Shown piece by piece: positions 15,546 to 27,170 of a DNA stretch of 64,000 nt; the stretch's first letter is position 1, and the number at the start of each line of letters is the position of its first letter. This DNA comes from Octopus vulgaris (lineage: Eukaryota): contig OX597826.1 of assembly GCA_951406725.2 (NCBI GenBank), forward strand, positions 3,162,001 to 3,226,000, written 5' to 3'. Made by a program: the position numbers and the translations under genes. The notes below the pieces were generated by a model. The model searched no databases. It saw only the letters and a list, made by a program, of their open reading frames with translations, and was not told the DNA's origin.

Positions 15546-15833
15546 CTTATCTCCTCACCATAGACCTCAGATCTCAATATTATTGAGCATTTATGGTGCT
15601 TTTAGAAAAAACATGTAAGGAGTCGATATTCTCTGCCATCATCACTACAAGTATTGGTGATTGTTTTAGCTGAAGAACGGACAAAAATTCATTTCGAAAC
15701 AATTCAAACATTGTAAGAGTTCATACTTCGTAGAATTTAAGCTGTAATTACTGCCAAAGGCAGTCCAACCCCGTGTTAAAATAAATTTGTTTGAAATTTT
15801 AAGGTGTTTCCATTATTTTGTCCAACCCTTGTA
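15546..15833 (+). pseudogene. Tc1-like transposase C-terminal remnant plus right TIR
   Basis: One frame (15558-15779) reads P*TSDLNIIEHLWCF*KKHVRSRYSLPSSLQVLVIVLAEERTKIHFETIQTL*EFILRRI*AVITAKGSPTPC*, matching the Tc1 SPDLNIIE...AKGGPT C-terminus. It is followed by a TIR-like end, ggtgtttccattattttgtccaacccttg, and TA. Confidence 0.92.
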
Positions 15834-16455
15834 TATATATCCATGCATACGTATATAAGTGCTGAGTGAGAGAAAGTGAGAAAAAAGGAAAACAAAAACG
15901 AGAAGAAGAAAAAGAAGTAGAGGAAGAAGAAGAAATGAAGGGGGACAAAATACATGTGTGACATTTGTTTTTACTCTAGATGCACTTATACAGACCTACG
16001 CGCAAGTATACATACGTGTGTGCGTGCCATATATATGTGAGTTATATATACATAGGAAACTACGAATTTTCCGTCTTGTACTTGCAAAGACGTATGACTA
16101 ATTCTTCAAACTGAACGATGCACTGTGTAAGAGCAGAAATTCAAAAACGCGTAAGTGTATGGATAGAAGAGATTTACATACATAGACATTAATAGCTAGA
16201 GATAATCTAATAGAAACATGCATTATTACTGGCGAAGATGAAAAGAACCTGATGCACGATAGTAGTTAAATGCCGTAGATAAAACAAACGTTGAACGTAA
16301 AAGAGATGAACCGAAACAGGTTAGAAATCTTTTACTCTTTGAAATCTACTACACTCTACGATAGGACAACATTCCATTTGTGTTTCTGTTAGAAACTAAA
16401 CAGAAGAAATATGCAAAACAAGACAAAAAGAAAAAAGAAAGACATTATGTGTCTT

Positions 16456-16510
16456 CTGAAGCGTGGGTAGATCCGTCTTGGATCTACCCACGCATTCGGT
16501 TGTTTGCTAG
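16456..16510. other. Isolated GC-rich perfect hairpin followed by CTAG (possible Helitron-type 3' end)
   Basis: GCGTGGGTAGATCC-gtctt-GGATCTACCCACGC (16461-16493) is a perfect 14-bp stem. CTAG lies at 16507-16510. Confidence 0.4.
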
Positions 16511-16693
16511 ACATTAATTCAATCCCAATGCGTAATAGATATGAATCTGTAAACAATACCATACAGTTAGTATTAAAAATATGTAAACGGGCAGTAATGG
16601 AATGTAAAATGGTGAAAGAATTATGAACCATATTCGGAGATGTGAGCACTACTTTCTCGGAACATGAACTGAATCGGTATTTAGTACTATTAT

Positions 16694-17150
16694 GGGATCT
16701 TTTCGGTTTGAACGGCAGTTTTTAACATAATTTCTAGGTAACTAAAAAATTTTAACCTTCGTATACTCGTAGAATGTGTTTATAAAACATATTTTTTCTC
16801 TTGGCTTTATTGAGAAAATTCTATAGTTTGTAAGATATTTGTTTTTTTTTTCTTCAATTTCTGCAATTTCAACCAATCAATGACAGTCTATTGAGGTGAA
16901 AACATTCTGTGCCGTATGAATATGTCCCTCGTTTAAGAAACAGATCGGGTTTATTTACATTTCTAAAGAAAAAAGGATACCCTTCCCCCCACCCCTAATC
17001 CTAACACTAACCCTAATCCAAACTAACCCTAACTAACCCTAACCCTAAAACAGATTCAAATGCAATAGATCGATACTAGGGTCATAATTATGGATGACAA
17101 TTTCATATGACACCGGTAGAAAAAACTGCCGTTCAAACCGAAAAGATCCC
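16694..17150. mobile_element. Non-autonomous DNA transposon (MITE) with ~30-bp TIRs
   Basis: The TIR gggatcttttcggtttgaacggcagttttt and its reverse complement mark the two ends. A tattat direct repeat flanks both sides (16688-16693 and 17151-17156). Degenerate (CCCTAA)n lies inside at ~16993-17047. Confidence 0.92.
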
Positions 17151-17432
17151 TATTATGTTGTATGCTATCGCATAAGTAAATATTTATCATTCTCTAAAAT
17201 GAGTGTGTTAAAAAGGTAACTAATATTTTTTCATGAACATGTCCTAACAGAGTAACGGTATTCGCAATCATATTTTGTATTCCTCATAAGACGTGCTGTT
17301 GCGCGAACGAACCTGCAACTTATGTCTTGTTCAAATGTATTCAACAATATAATGTGTGTGCGTGCATGCGCATGTGTGTGTAGATGCGAGTGTGTCTACG
17401 TACGTTTGCATGTATATACAGACACTTACAAG

Positions 17433-17482
<50 letters not shown>

Positions 17483-17486
<4 letters not shown>

Positions 17487-17670
17487 GTTAAATTATAGAT
17501 AAAACCACTATTAGGCAAATCAAACAATGAAAAACATAAGCCAATACATAAAATTAATTAATTCATATTATTTAAATATATATCAAAAGTATTAAAAGTA
17601 ATAAAAGATAAAAAGTAAAACACTATGATCGTTTCATGGCTGTACAATTCGTAATAATTCGAGTTATGGT

Positions 17671-17672
<2 letters not shown>
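17483..17672 (-). mobile_element. Single-arm copy of the 1.2/47.6 kb family, broken inside its hammerhead
   Basis: The minus strand retains tgtaca-gccat-GAAA-C-gatc-ATA-gtgt (17620-17646); the CUGANGA half is absent. (TA)n lies on both sides. Confidence 0.75.
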
Positions 17673-17714
<42 letters not shown>

Positions 17715-17765
17715 GTGAAGGGAAGAAATGGAGCTGAACGAAGATTCTACAGAATTCCTTTTATT

Positions 17766-17851
17766 ATTTTCTACACATGTTTCAAAGGCCGCAAATTTCC
17801 AAATTCGGATTGAATAAGGAGACCATTTTGCAGCATTCTCTTCAGGAAAAT
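17766..17851 (-). ncRNA. Type I hammerhead ribozyme motif (left arm)
   Basis: Reverse-complement copy of 17958-18042; all core nucleotides are intact. Confidence 0.75.
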
Positions 17852-17957
17852 CCAGGAATTTAAAAATCCAAAACAAATGCGCAGCAAGGTATTCTCCTAA
17901 GGAGCGTTTTGTTCGAATACCTTGCTGCGCATTTGTTTTGGATTTTTAAATTCCTGG

Positions 17958-18042
17958 ATTTTCCTGAAGAGAATGCTGCAAATGGTCTCCTTATTCAATC
18001 CGAATTTGGAAATTTGCGGCCTTTGAAACATGTGTAGAAAAT
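17958..18042 (+). ncRNA. Type I hammerhead ribozyme motif with long stem II (right arm)
   Basis: Stem I is ATTTTC/GAAAAT (6 bp), core CTGAAGA 17964-17970, stem II contains GCTGCAAAT/ATTTGCGGC, then GAAA 18025-18028. Stem III is AC-atgt-GT, with a GUA cleavage triplet (cut predicted after 18036). Confidence 0.78.
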
Positions 18043-18252
18043 AATAAAAGGAATTCTGTAGAATCTTCGTTCAGCTCCATTTCTTCCCTTCACTAAATAT
18101 ATTAAACTTCAATTATCCGCGCTAAGGCACGGTTGTGACACCCCAAGGTCGTAACTTCAACCGTAATTTTTCTGTTGTGATTTTTGCTACCCAGGTATCG
18201 GTTAAATTTTGAATAATCCTTAACAAGATAATTCATTTATCCATTTCAATAA

Positions 18253-18286
<34 letters not shown>

Positions 18287-19164
18287 CTGTCTGTGTCTCT
18301 GTCTCTGTGTGCGTGCGTGAGAGAGAATGAGAGAGATAAATTTTTATAACGTTAACGTATGTAAAGTCGTGTGCATTGTATTCGAAACGTGGAAGCTAAA
18401 TCCCATAAAACCACAGCGTTGCTATTTTCAGCTTATTAATATAATATTAGTTAGAAAACGTGTACGCACAAACACGTGCAAACAATAGAACACCACAGGA
18501 AAACGCTTAAGCGTGCAACACAAAATATTTCTTTTATAATTACAATTTAAAATCTACATACATACATCTTATATTTGCACATATGTACGCACAAATGCAT
18601 ACATACATATACAGGCATATGAATACATACATATACATACATACACACACGCACTTTTGAGTGTATATATTTAACTAAATGCATGTATATATAAAGAATA
18701 CGCCAGTCTGTTAATATGTTTTTATATATGTTTTTGTGTGGTTTTCACGGATATTTTAAAAGAAATTAAAAGAAAAGATTGTCACGATTTTACTATGCAT
18801 AAAATTGGAATCAAGTGATCAAAACTGTAATATTTATGATTTCTAGAAATTTACGTATTTAAACAAACTTATGGAATGTATGTCATATGATGTGTGCATT
18901 TTCGTAAATCATCGCTTCATGCGAATTAAATTCATTGAACGTTTTTAAATCTTCCTGTTCGAAAGAAATATATATATATATATATATAGATGAGTGTATT
19001 TTTACCTTGTTAACAATTATCACGAAAAAAAAAATACATAGTTACCAGGGCAGAAGATTGCATTGTTTATACCATTTATTCTTTTGAATAGTATCAGTGG
19101 AATTTTCGAAACATGTGTCGAAAGTAAAAATATTTGATTACAACTGCGTTAACTCCATTTTTTA

Positions 19165-19228
<64 letters not shown>

Positions 19229-19726
19229 AATCAAGGAACGGCCATAATAGGCCATTCACCCACTAGAAATAACAGCCAAAGCTTCAACCACTATATATAT
19301 ATTCTTTACTCTCTTTTACTCTTTTGCTTGTTTCAGTCATTTGACTGTGGCCTTACTGGAGCACCGCCTTTTGTCGACCAAATCGACCGCAGGACTTATT
19401 CTCTGTAACCCTGGTACGTATTCTATCGCTCTCTTTTGCCGAATCGCTAAGTCATGGGGATGTAAACACACCAGTATTGGTTGACAAGCGATGTTTGGGG
19501 ACAAACACAGACACACAAACATATTCATACGCACACACACACACATATATATATACAATTTGATTTGTTTACATATTTCTCGATAAATTATGAGCGCCAG
19601 GCGATATACCAGAATTCCCTAGTTTTGTCGGGACGTTCGGAGTCTGCGCAGTGATATGATTAGTTAGGGAGAGTAAATCATTAGACGCACATGCTTCTAG
19701 TGAGTTAGGATCCCAGAAAAACAGGG

Positions 19727-19798
19727 TCTCACTGAAGAATTCTCCCTGAGCAAATAAATTATCTTTATTGCTGAAAAGAAAGAAACTGCAGTCTGAGA
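19727..19798 (+). ncRNA. Type I hammerhead ribozyme motif, unit 1
   Basis: Stem I is TCTCA/TGAGA, core CTGAAGA 19732-19738, stem II TTCT/AGAA plus AGCAA(A)TAAA/TTTATTGCT, then GAAA 19782-19785. Stem III is AC-tgca-GT with a palindromic loop, and the triplet is GUC (cut predicted after 19793). Confidence 0.85.
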
Positions 19799-20122
19799 AT
19801 TACCGGTTTAGTAAATGTTTTTATCTTCATTTCACTTAATTTATCAAGCTTCTGTATTCCTAGCACATATTTCGCCTTAATGTACTGATATATGAAAAAT
19901 ATATGGCTTGTGTTAGTAATACCAGCGATTATAATTATTTTTATTTTATCGCAATTTGATTTGTTTACATATTTCTCGATAAATTATGAGCGCCAGGCGA
20001 TATACCAGAATTCCCTAGTTTTTTCGGGACGTTCGGAGTCTGCGCAGTGATATGATTAGTTAAGGAGAGTAAATCATTAGACGCACATGCTTCTAGTGAG
20101 TTAGGATCCCAGAAAAACAGGG

Positions 20123-20194
20123 TCTCACTGAAGAATTCTCCCTGAGCAAATAAATTATCTTTATTGCTGAAAAGAAAGAAACTGCAGTCTGAGA
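20123..20194 (+). ncRNA. Type I hammerhead ribozyme motif, unit 2
   Basis: Identical to unit 1, 396 bp downstream; cut predicted after 20189. Confidence 0.85.
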
Positions 20195-20554
20195 ATCACC
20201 GGTTTAGTAAATGTTTTTATCTTCATTTCACTTAATTTATCAAGCTTCTGTATTCCTAGCACATATTTCGCCTTAATGTACTGATATATGAAAAATATAT
20301 GGCTTGTGTTAGTAATACCAGCGATTATAATTATTTTTATTTTATCGCAATTTGATTTGTTTATATATATATATATATATATATATACGACGGGCTTCTT
20401 TCAGTTTCAGTCTACCAAATCCACTCACAAGGCTTTGGTCGGCCCGAGGCTATAGTGGAAGACACTCACCCAAGGTGCCACGTAGTGGGACTGAACCCGG
20501 AACCATGTGGTTCTTTAGCAAGTTACTTACCACAAAGCCATTCCTACGCCAATA

Positions 20555-20613
<59 letters not shown>

Positions 20614-21106
20614 TATCAAGTAAATTGTGAAAAGATTGTTTGAATACAGCAAAAATCAATTTATTTACATAAATGTCGATTACGTGAAACCTATGATCGC
20701 TTCAAAATCTACCTTCATTCATTTAACAAATAGTAATTGCATTATGAATTCAAAGGGTAAAAATCTCTTCAGGTTTACATTCGACATATTTCTTTCCATT
20801 GTATTTGATTTAGTGTTCATTATAGACTAAGAGAGCAGATAGCGTTTTTTGGAGTGTCTGAGTTTTCTGTTGGTGTGTATATCGAATCAGATGAAAACAT
20901 CCATACGGACTATGGGAACTGTACAATGTGGATAGTATAGTATCAATCAAAAACTAATACTACCACAGATAAACGAATTCCAGTATATTCACAGAGATGT
21001 GGATAAACCCGGGTATCTGGAATGCAAGACTCCATGGAAAGAGTAATTTATTTCATTGCAAAACTCATATTTATATATATATATATGTATGTGTATGTGT
21101 GTGTGG

Positions 21107-21145
<39 letters not shown>

Positions 21146-21620
21146 TATAAATATATATATATATACAGAGATAGGTACATATATATATATAGACAGAAAG
21201 AGAGATTGATTGATAGTTATGTACACATATACGTATACATGTATGTGTATACTTGTCTGTGCGCAGGTGTGAGTGTAATAGTGTGTTTCTATGCAGGTGA
21301 TATTTCATTCTTGAACAAGGCAGAATCGTTTAACTAAGTTGAAATTCCGTCAAGATCGGTATACATTTCATTATTTAGGTGTAGACAAAAAAAGAGGACC
21401 ATTTGGGCACTGGAGTCGATGTAATTGATTTACATCATCCACGAAAAATGGTGACCTTTGCCAAAATTTGAAATGGGTATGTAATTTTTGAAGCGCACAA
21501 CTTTAGAAACATGAAGACTCTTCACTGTTGATATAAAACATGAAATACGATGACAGTAACACAGAAAGAACTTTTGCAGGTAGTCCTATGAGGGATACCT
21601 CTTATGCGTTTAAATGAACA

Positions 21621-21681
<61 letters not shown>

Positions 21682-22900
21682 ATCAGTGCGTTTTTGAGAG
21701 AGACTGAGAGAGAGAGGGGGCAATATAGATACAATGAGTGGTGAGATTACACATTGCATATAAAGTCATTGTTAAAATACTCTTGTTATTAATATCATAT
21801 AAGTATAGCGTATGTTGTCAATAGATAAGGTACATCCATTATCTTGGTTGGTATTTGTCTATTGCTACATTCATGTAAATCTGTCCCTGGCGAAAATGGT
21901 TAACTCTATACATTCATGCACTTAAAATTCTTCTAATACATTGTGGTAAGTAGTGTTCGCACTATGAATATGATAAATATTTCCTTGTGTTAATGCAACG
22001 TGGTTATGATGATGGTTTTTATAATGATGTCAGAATCGACTATGACACCTGACGTGTATTTATTCTATTGGTCCTAGAAAAGAAGGACAGCAAACGTAAA
22101 CTACGACTCTGAAAGCATGACTGACGGAACTTAATACTATATTGGCATTTAGTCTGTTGATTTACTGATACTACGACTGCATCGGCTTAAGTAGGAGAAA
22201 CTTATATTGACGAAGACAAACCGAGACAAATTTGACCTGCAACGTTCGTAAGACATTATAAATTCTATAAAATGTTGTAACGAGTGCTTGGAAAGTAGGA
22301 ATATCGACATTACTCTCAGTTGAGATATACAGTTATTTGTCATCGATTGCACGTTATAATACACACTCTAGAAATATGTTCTTAAAACTAGACATTGTTT
22401 GGCTTCCTCAATAAAGTTTAACATGAGTAGGATTTCGAAAATAAATAAATAAATAAATGACCTTTGTTCATTTGTCGTCCGGTCGAAACGTGATCTTTCA
22501 ATATATTGATCGTCGACTAAGACTGTTCTAGACATCTAAATGTTCTCATTTTGATACCTTAAAACACCACGGAAAACAACGTAATTATTATATACCACCG
22601 GATGTAGCGTTTTCTTTAAACCATATAAAAGTCAATGAAATTACAGACCACAAGATACATTTTCAAAGATCTGTTTACAAGACGAGTTCATATCTCACCG
22701 TAATAACTTGGAGAAACCTAATTTCACTTCAAATATTTCGTATAATATATTGTGTTTTGGACTATTTAAAAGCTGAATGTAATATTCCTATTGTTATATA
22801 TTTGGAAAAAGCAAGGAGATATGTCTTTTAAGTACATTTCATATATGAAAATTTCAGGTGTGGTTCCTGAATGAGTCAATAAGATATATATATATATATA

Positions 22901-23003
<103 letters not shown>

Positions 23004-23479
23004 TAGACGTTGAGATTTAAGTCCTTCAAAGGAATATTAAACATCAAAGTTCACTGGTTCAATCAAAAGAAACGAAAATATAGTTAAAGTATAATAAGGA
23101 ATCGTAAAATGGAAGTGTAGCCGTTACTCTCTTCCAAGCTGATACACATACCCAATCTTAATTAATAATGAATTCCAGAGGAAAAGCTTGATTTGCCATT
23201 TAGTAAGTATTATATTTCGTTTTGTTTTCAATTAATTAGGTTTTGGAAACAACTTGTAGAGTTATAATTGGATATATGCACCAACTTGGAATAAAATGAC
23301 GTTGACACTTCTATTTTCCTTTCTTTATTATACTATATATATATGTGTGTGTGTATGTGTATGTAAAACTAATAGGCATATAGATATATATGATATATAC
23401 ATAGATACATGTGTATATATATGTATATATACATAACCATATATACACAAACACAAATACAAACACATGCATGCATATG

Positions 23480-23536
<57 letters not shown>

Positions 23537-24419
23537 ATTTTGTTTCCAAGCTATGCGGATCTTAATCCGTATAGCAAAGTCTTATGTTTCTACATATACA
23601 TCAGGAAAAACCTTCGACCCTGTTTTCAGGTTATTGTATTGTATAGGATTACCTTGATTATTTATATTACCTTGATTATTTATAAATGATCCAAAATAGG
23701 GTGTTATATTTTATTTTATATGTCTTTCGTATATATTTTTATTAATGCACCCATTCTTTTAAAAAAAACCAATGATTTTTTCAAAAAAAGCAATGTTGTC
23801 AAAATTAGAATGTTGATGTAAGTATGTGTATAGCCGAGGATATGTATTTGTAAGCATGCGTATCTGTGTATGTGTAAGTGAGAGTATGTTTGTGCTTAAG
23901 CACACATATACACGACTTATATGTGTATGTATCCATTCGAACTTGTTTGTATACTTGTCTCCATATATGCCAATAATGCCGTTACACAGATTGTATACAT
24001 AATTTTTTCTTATTTCGTTTTTTCCCCACCCCTCCTTCGTTCCATTTTCTCTCTCTTCCTTTCTTTCGTCCCCCCCCCCCTGCTCAGTATTTGAGAATCG
24101 CTACATACATGATTTTTAACTTGCGTGCGAGATGGTTTTGCGTGAATATATGTACACATGCATTTATGTGTATATTTAGATCTATATTCATACGTCTGTA
24201 TATGTATGGCGTTGGCGCGCATCCTTTTTGTGTATGTTGATATATATATGCACATTTTAATAAAAATATGTATTGCAGTGTAATATTTATAACAGGTTTA
24301 ATTCCTATGAATTAATTTATACTTTCTTCATTAACGTCAATATGTATTTTATTCAATGTAAGGTTTTTTCCTCGGATTTTATAATTTTTTATAATTTTTT
24401 TATATATATATACATATAT

Positions 24420-24700
24420 TTTTGACCTTTTTGTTTATCGCTCGAAGATTGACCGTTTTTTTCTAAAGGGCCAATCAAACAAGTCCATTTCTTTTTAAAG
24501 GTGCAGCGTTTGTAAGAGTCTAGATTGAATTGATATATCGGTTCCATTCTAGCAAAAACTGTCTGATGAACGGCAACGAGAAACTCAGAGTAACAGATTT
24601 TGTTGAATTTTCTGCTGCTTAAAATAAAGCATATTACTCTACCACTGGTATTTGAGTACTCTTTTTTCCACCTTGTTTCACATTTATGTGTTTACTCCGG
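24420..24700 (+). mobile_element. PLE-type terminal segment ending at a (TA)n tract
   Basis: Contains the HHR at 24559-24596. Its 3' tail (aaataaagcatattactctacc...ttccacctt...cacatttatgtg) recurs at ~32160-32226. Confidence 0.65.
24559..24596 (+). ncRNA. Minimal type I hammerhead ribozyme motif
   Basis: CTGT-CTGATGA-A-CG-gcaa-CG-A-GAAA-CTCAGAG-TA-ACAG. Stem I is 4 bp, stem II is 2 bp with a GNRA loop, stem III is near-palindromic ACTC-A-GAGT, and the triplet is GUA (cut predicted after 24592). Confidence 0.7.
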
Positions 24701-25054
24701 TATATATATATATATATATATATGTATATGTTTATGTATATGTTTATCTGTATATTGGTGATCACAACATTAAGTTGTATTGAATAACCCGTAACGAGAC
24801 CAAAAGAGTACTATCTACAACTAATAGGACTACTCAGGTTTTCTCAGTCAATAAAATTATTAAGAATAATAAAATAATATGAACGATGAAACTGTTGTCT
24901 CCCCTTAAACGGGATTCTCGCCCGCTCTTTTAATTCTAAATAAACTCTCTCCATCTCTTCCTCTTTCACTCCGAAAGCAACTGTAGGTAGCAGAACCAGT
25001 ATTCTCACTGAAAGTTATTGCCCGAGTATATATACATATATGTCTCTCTCTCAT

Positions 25055-25121
<67 letters not shown>

Positions 25122-26090
25122 TATATATATATACTGTCACAAACAGAGATGCACAATCGAACAAATAAACTTTGATATATATGTGAGTGTACTGCGTGTC
25201 TTTGTATGTATGTATGTATGTATATATATGTGTTCTAATAGAAATCGGTAGATGCGTGCTACATCACAATGTTCTGCTATTTCGAAACGCTGGTTGAAAT
25301 AACTAGAACTAATTGCATTTTATTCAAATGTGATCTGAACGTAGTTTAAAATTCGCAACCAAGTATTATATATTAAAGCTCAAATATTAAAAAAAAAATC
25401 AATTTTATTTTAAACTACATATCTCCTATTTTCAGCAATATATATATCCGAAACTGTTTTGTTCTCAGCAATAGGCCTGTTCTTTCTGCAAAGGAAGCAA
25501 TATATTTTAGGAATTGATCGAATGCTATATAAGACTTTTAACGGTTTCTTTCAATTCGCACCAAGTAATCGAAACTAAAAATATCATGAAAACTAGAGTA
25601 GCAACGGACATCTGAAAATAAAACTTGCTTCTCAATCCGACTGTCAAAATGTCTATCGATTACAATACTCTAGATATCGTGTTTCTATGAGAGCATAAAG
25701 CTGTTAACATTTATAAAATTCGTTCTGCTAAATGCCTCGCTTGTAGTTATGCATTATTGATATAGAACATTTCACGTCTTCAGTTGTTGATCTCCAGCAA
25801 AGTAAGATACATTTTACTGCACATCGGAAATGTGTTTCTGTATTGGGCGTGTGTATGTATATGTGTGTCTGTGTGTGTATGCGTTTGTGTGCATGTGTAT
25901 GCGTGTGTCTGTGAGCGTATTAGGATTAGCTTGGCTGGTTATCTTACAGACACCTTCAGGTTAAGCCTTATACACAGCAGAAAATACGGATACGTTTATT
26001 ATATTATATTTTTTCTTATTGGAATGAAATATATGAAAAAATGCAATATATCGTACGTCACACGTTATATCTGAATGTATACACACGAAC

Positions 26091-26135
<45 letters not shown>

Positions 26136-26151
26136 ATGCATGTATATATAT

Positions 26152-26205
<54 letters not shown>

Positions 26206-26211
26206 TTATGC

Positions 26212-26247
<36 letters not shown>

Positions 26248-26714
26248 CATACATACGAAAAAAGTATCTTGAAATTTCAAGTCAATTGATTATTTTTATT
26301 GAAGAAGATATTTCTCAGTATATATTTCAAGTGTGTTAGACACATCATATTTCTTTCAATCGATGAAAGAGCTATGTTAGGATTCCAATACTGGAACAAA
26401 TTATTTAAGCATTGATTTTTAAGAGTTAGTGGAGGCGAAATAGACACGTTCTACTTACTTAAATTGAGAGAATCCTGTAAGAGTAACAATCTTTGTCACT
26501 ATCTCTCAGAATAGACTGAAGTTAAAATCATACTAGAAATAAAATATGCCAAACGTCTCGTTAATATAAACGTTTGCTTAAGTCTGTATACAAATATATG
26601 CAGTTTAAGAACAATTAAACCTATACATGTACAAGGAGGAGTTAGTGTTAATAAAACGGTACAGACAACTATTGCTGCATATGCTTCGCTTGATATATGT
26701 ATATGTGTTTTTCC

Positions 26715-26885
26715 TTCTAGGTTCAGTCGTTTGACTGCGGCGATGCTGGGACACTGACTTGAAGACTTGAAGAGTTTTGAGTGTAAACAATCGACACCAG
26801 CCTGGTACTTATTCTATTGAACACTTTTAAACCAGACATCTAAGATACGGGGGTGCAAACACGCCAAGACCGGTGTATATATATA

Positions 26886-26928
<43 letters not shown>

Positions 26929-27118
26929 GTGTGTGTATGTGTGTATGTATGTATGTGTGTATGTATATGCAATGGGCTTCCTTCAGTTTCCGTCTACCAA
27001 ATCCACTGACGTGGCATTGCTCGGGCTGAGCGTATGGTAACCGACATTGAACCACAGTGCCAGGCAATGGGACTGTACACGGAACCATGAACCATATGGC
27101 TGGGAAGCAAGTTTCGTA

Positions 27119-27122
<4 letters not shown>
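26715..27122 (-). mobile_element. SINE family B (decayed, with internal microsatellite)
   Basis: Tail (ttcagtcgtttgactgcggcgatgctgg) and head (gggcttccttcagtttccgtctaccaaatccac...gggaagcaagtttcgtaccac) flank (TACA)n/(TG)n. Confidence 0.75.

Positions 27123-27170
<48 letters not shown>

Larger units (their letters stand above)
17711..18097. mobile_element. Young fold-back element: ~184-bp near-perfect inverted arms, 20-nt spacer
   Basis: Arms 17711-17894 and 17915-18097 differ by one visible indel (tttt vs ttt); the spacer is tcctaaggagcgttttgttc. It abuts (TA)n on the left. Confidence 0.97.
19556..20363 (+). mobile_element. Candidate non-LTR retrozyme: 2 x 396-bp head-to-tail repeat plus 16 nt, one hammerhead per unit
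   Basis: Unit starts (caatttgatttgttta) at 19556, 19952 and 20348 give an exact 396-bp period. Three substitutions are seen between the units. TA-type microsatellite flanks both ends. Confidence 0.8.
19300..20550 (-). mobile_element. SINE family B split by an insert in its internal microsatellite (tail ~19300-19520, head ~20387-20550)
   Basis: The head (ggcgtaggaatggctttgtggtaagtaacttgct... on the minus strand) and the tail (ttgtttcagtcatttgactgtggcc...) are in the expected order and orientation on either side of the 19556-20363 repeat. Confidence 0.75.

Noticed and set aside
16993-17047. (CCCTAA)-like repeats as a telomere or chromosome-fusion relic
   Set aside because: Short, degenerate and internal to a TIR-bounded MITE.
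19794-20189. Endless ORF on the predicted 396-nt circle (length divisible by 3)
   Set aside because: All three sense frames hit stop codons within ~100 nt of the cut site.
19556-20363. CRISPR-like or other prokaryotic repeat interpretation of direct and inverted repeats
   Set aside because: There is no short repeat-spacer array and no cas-like ORF, and the context is eukaryotic TE DNA.
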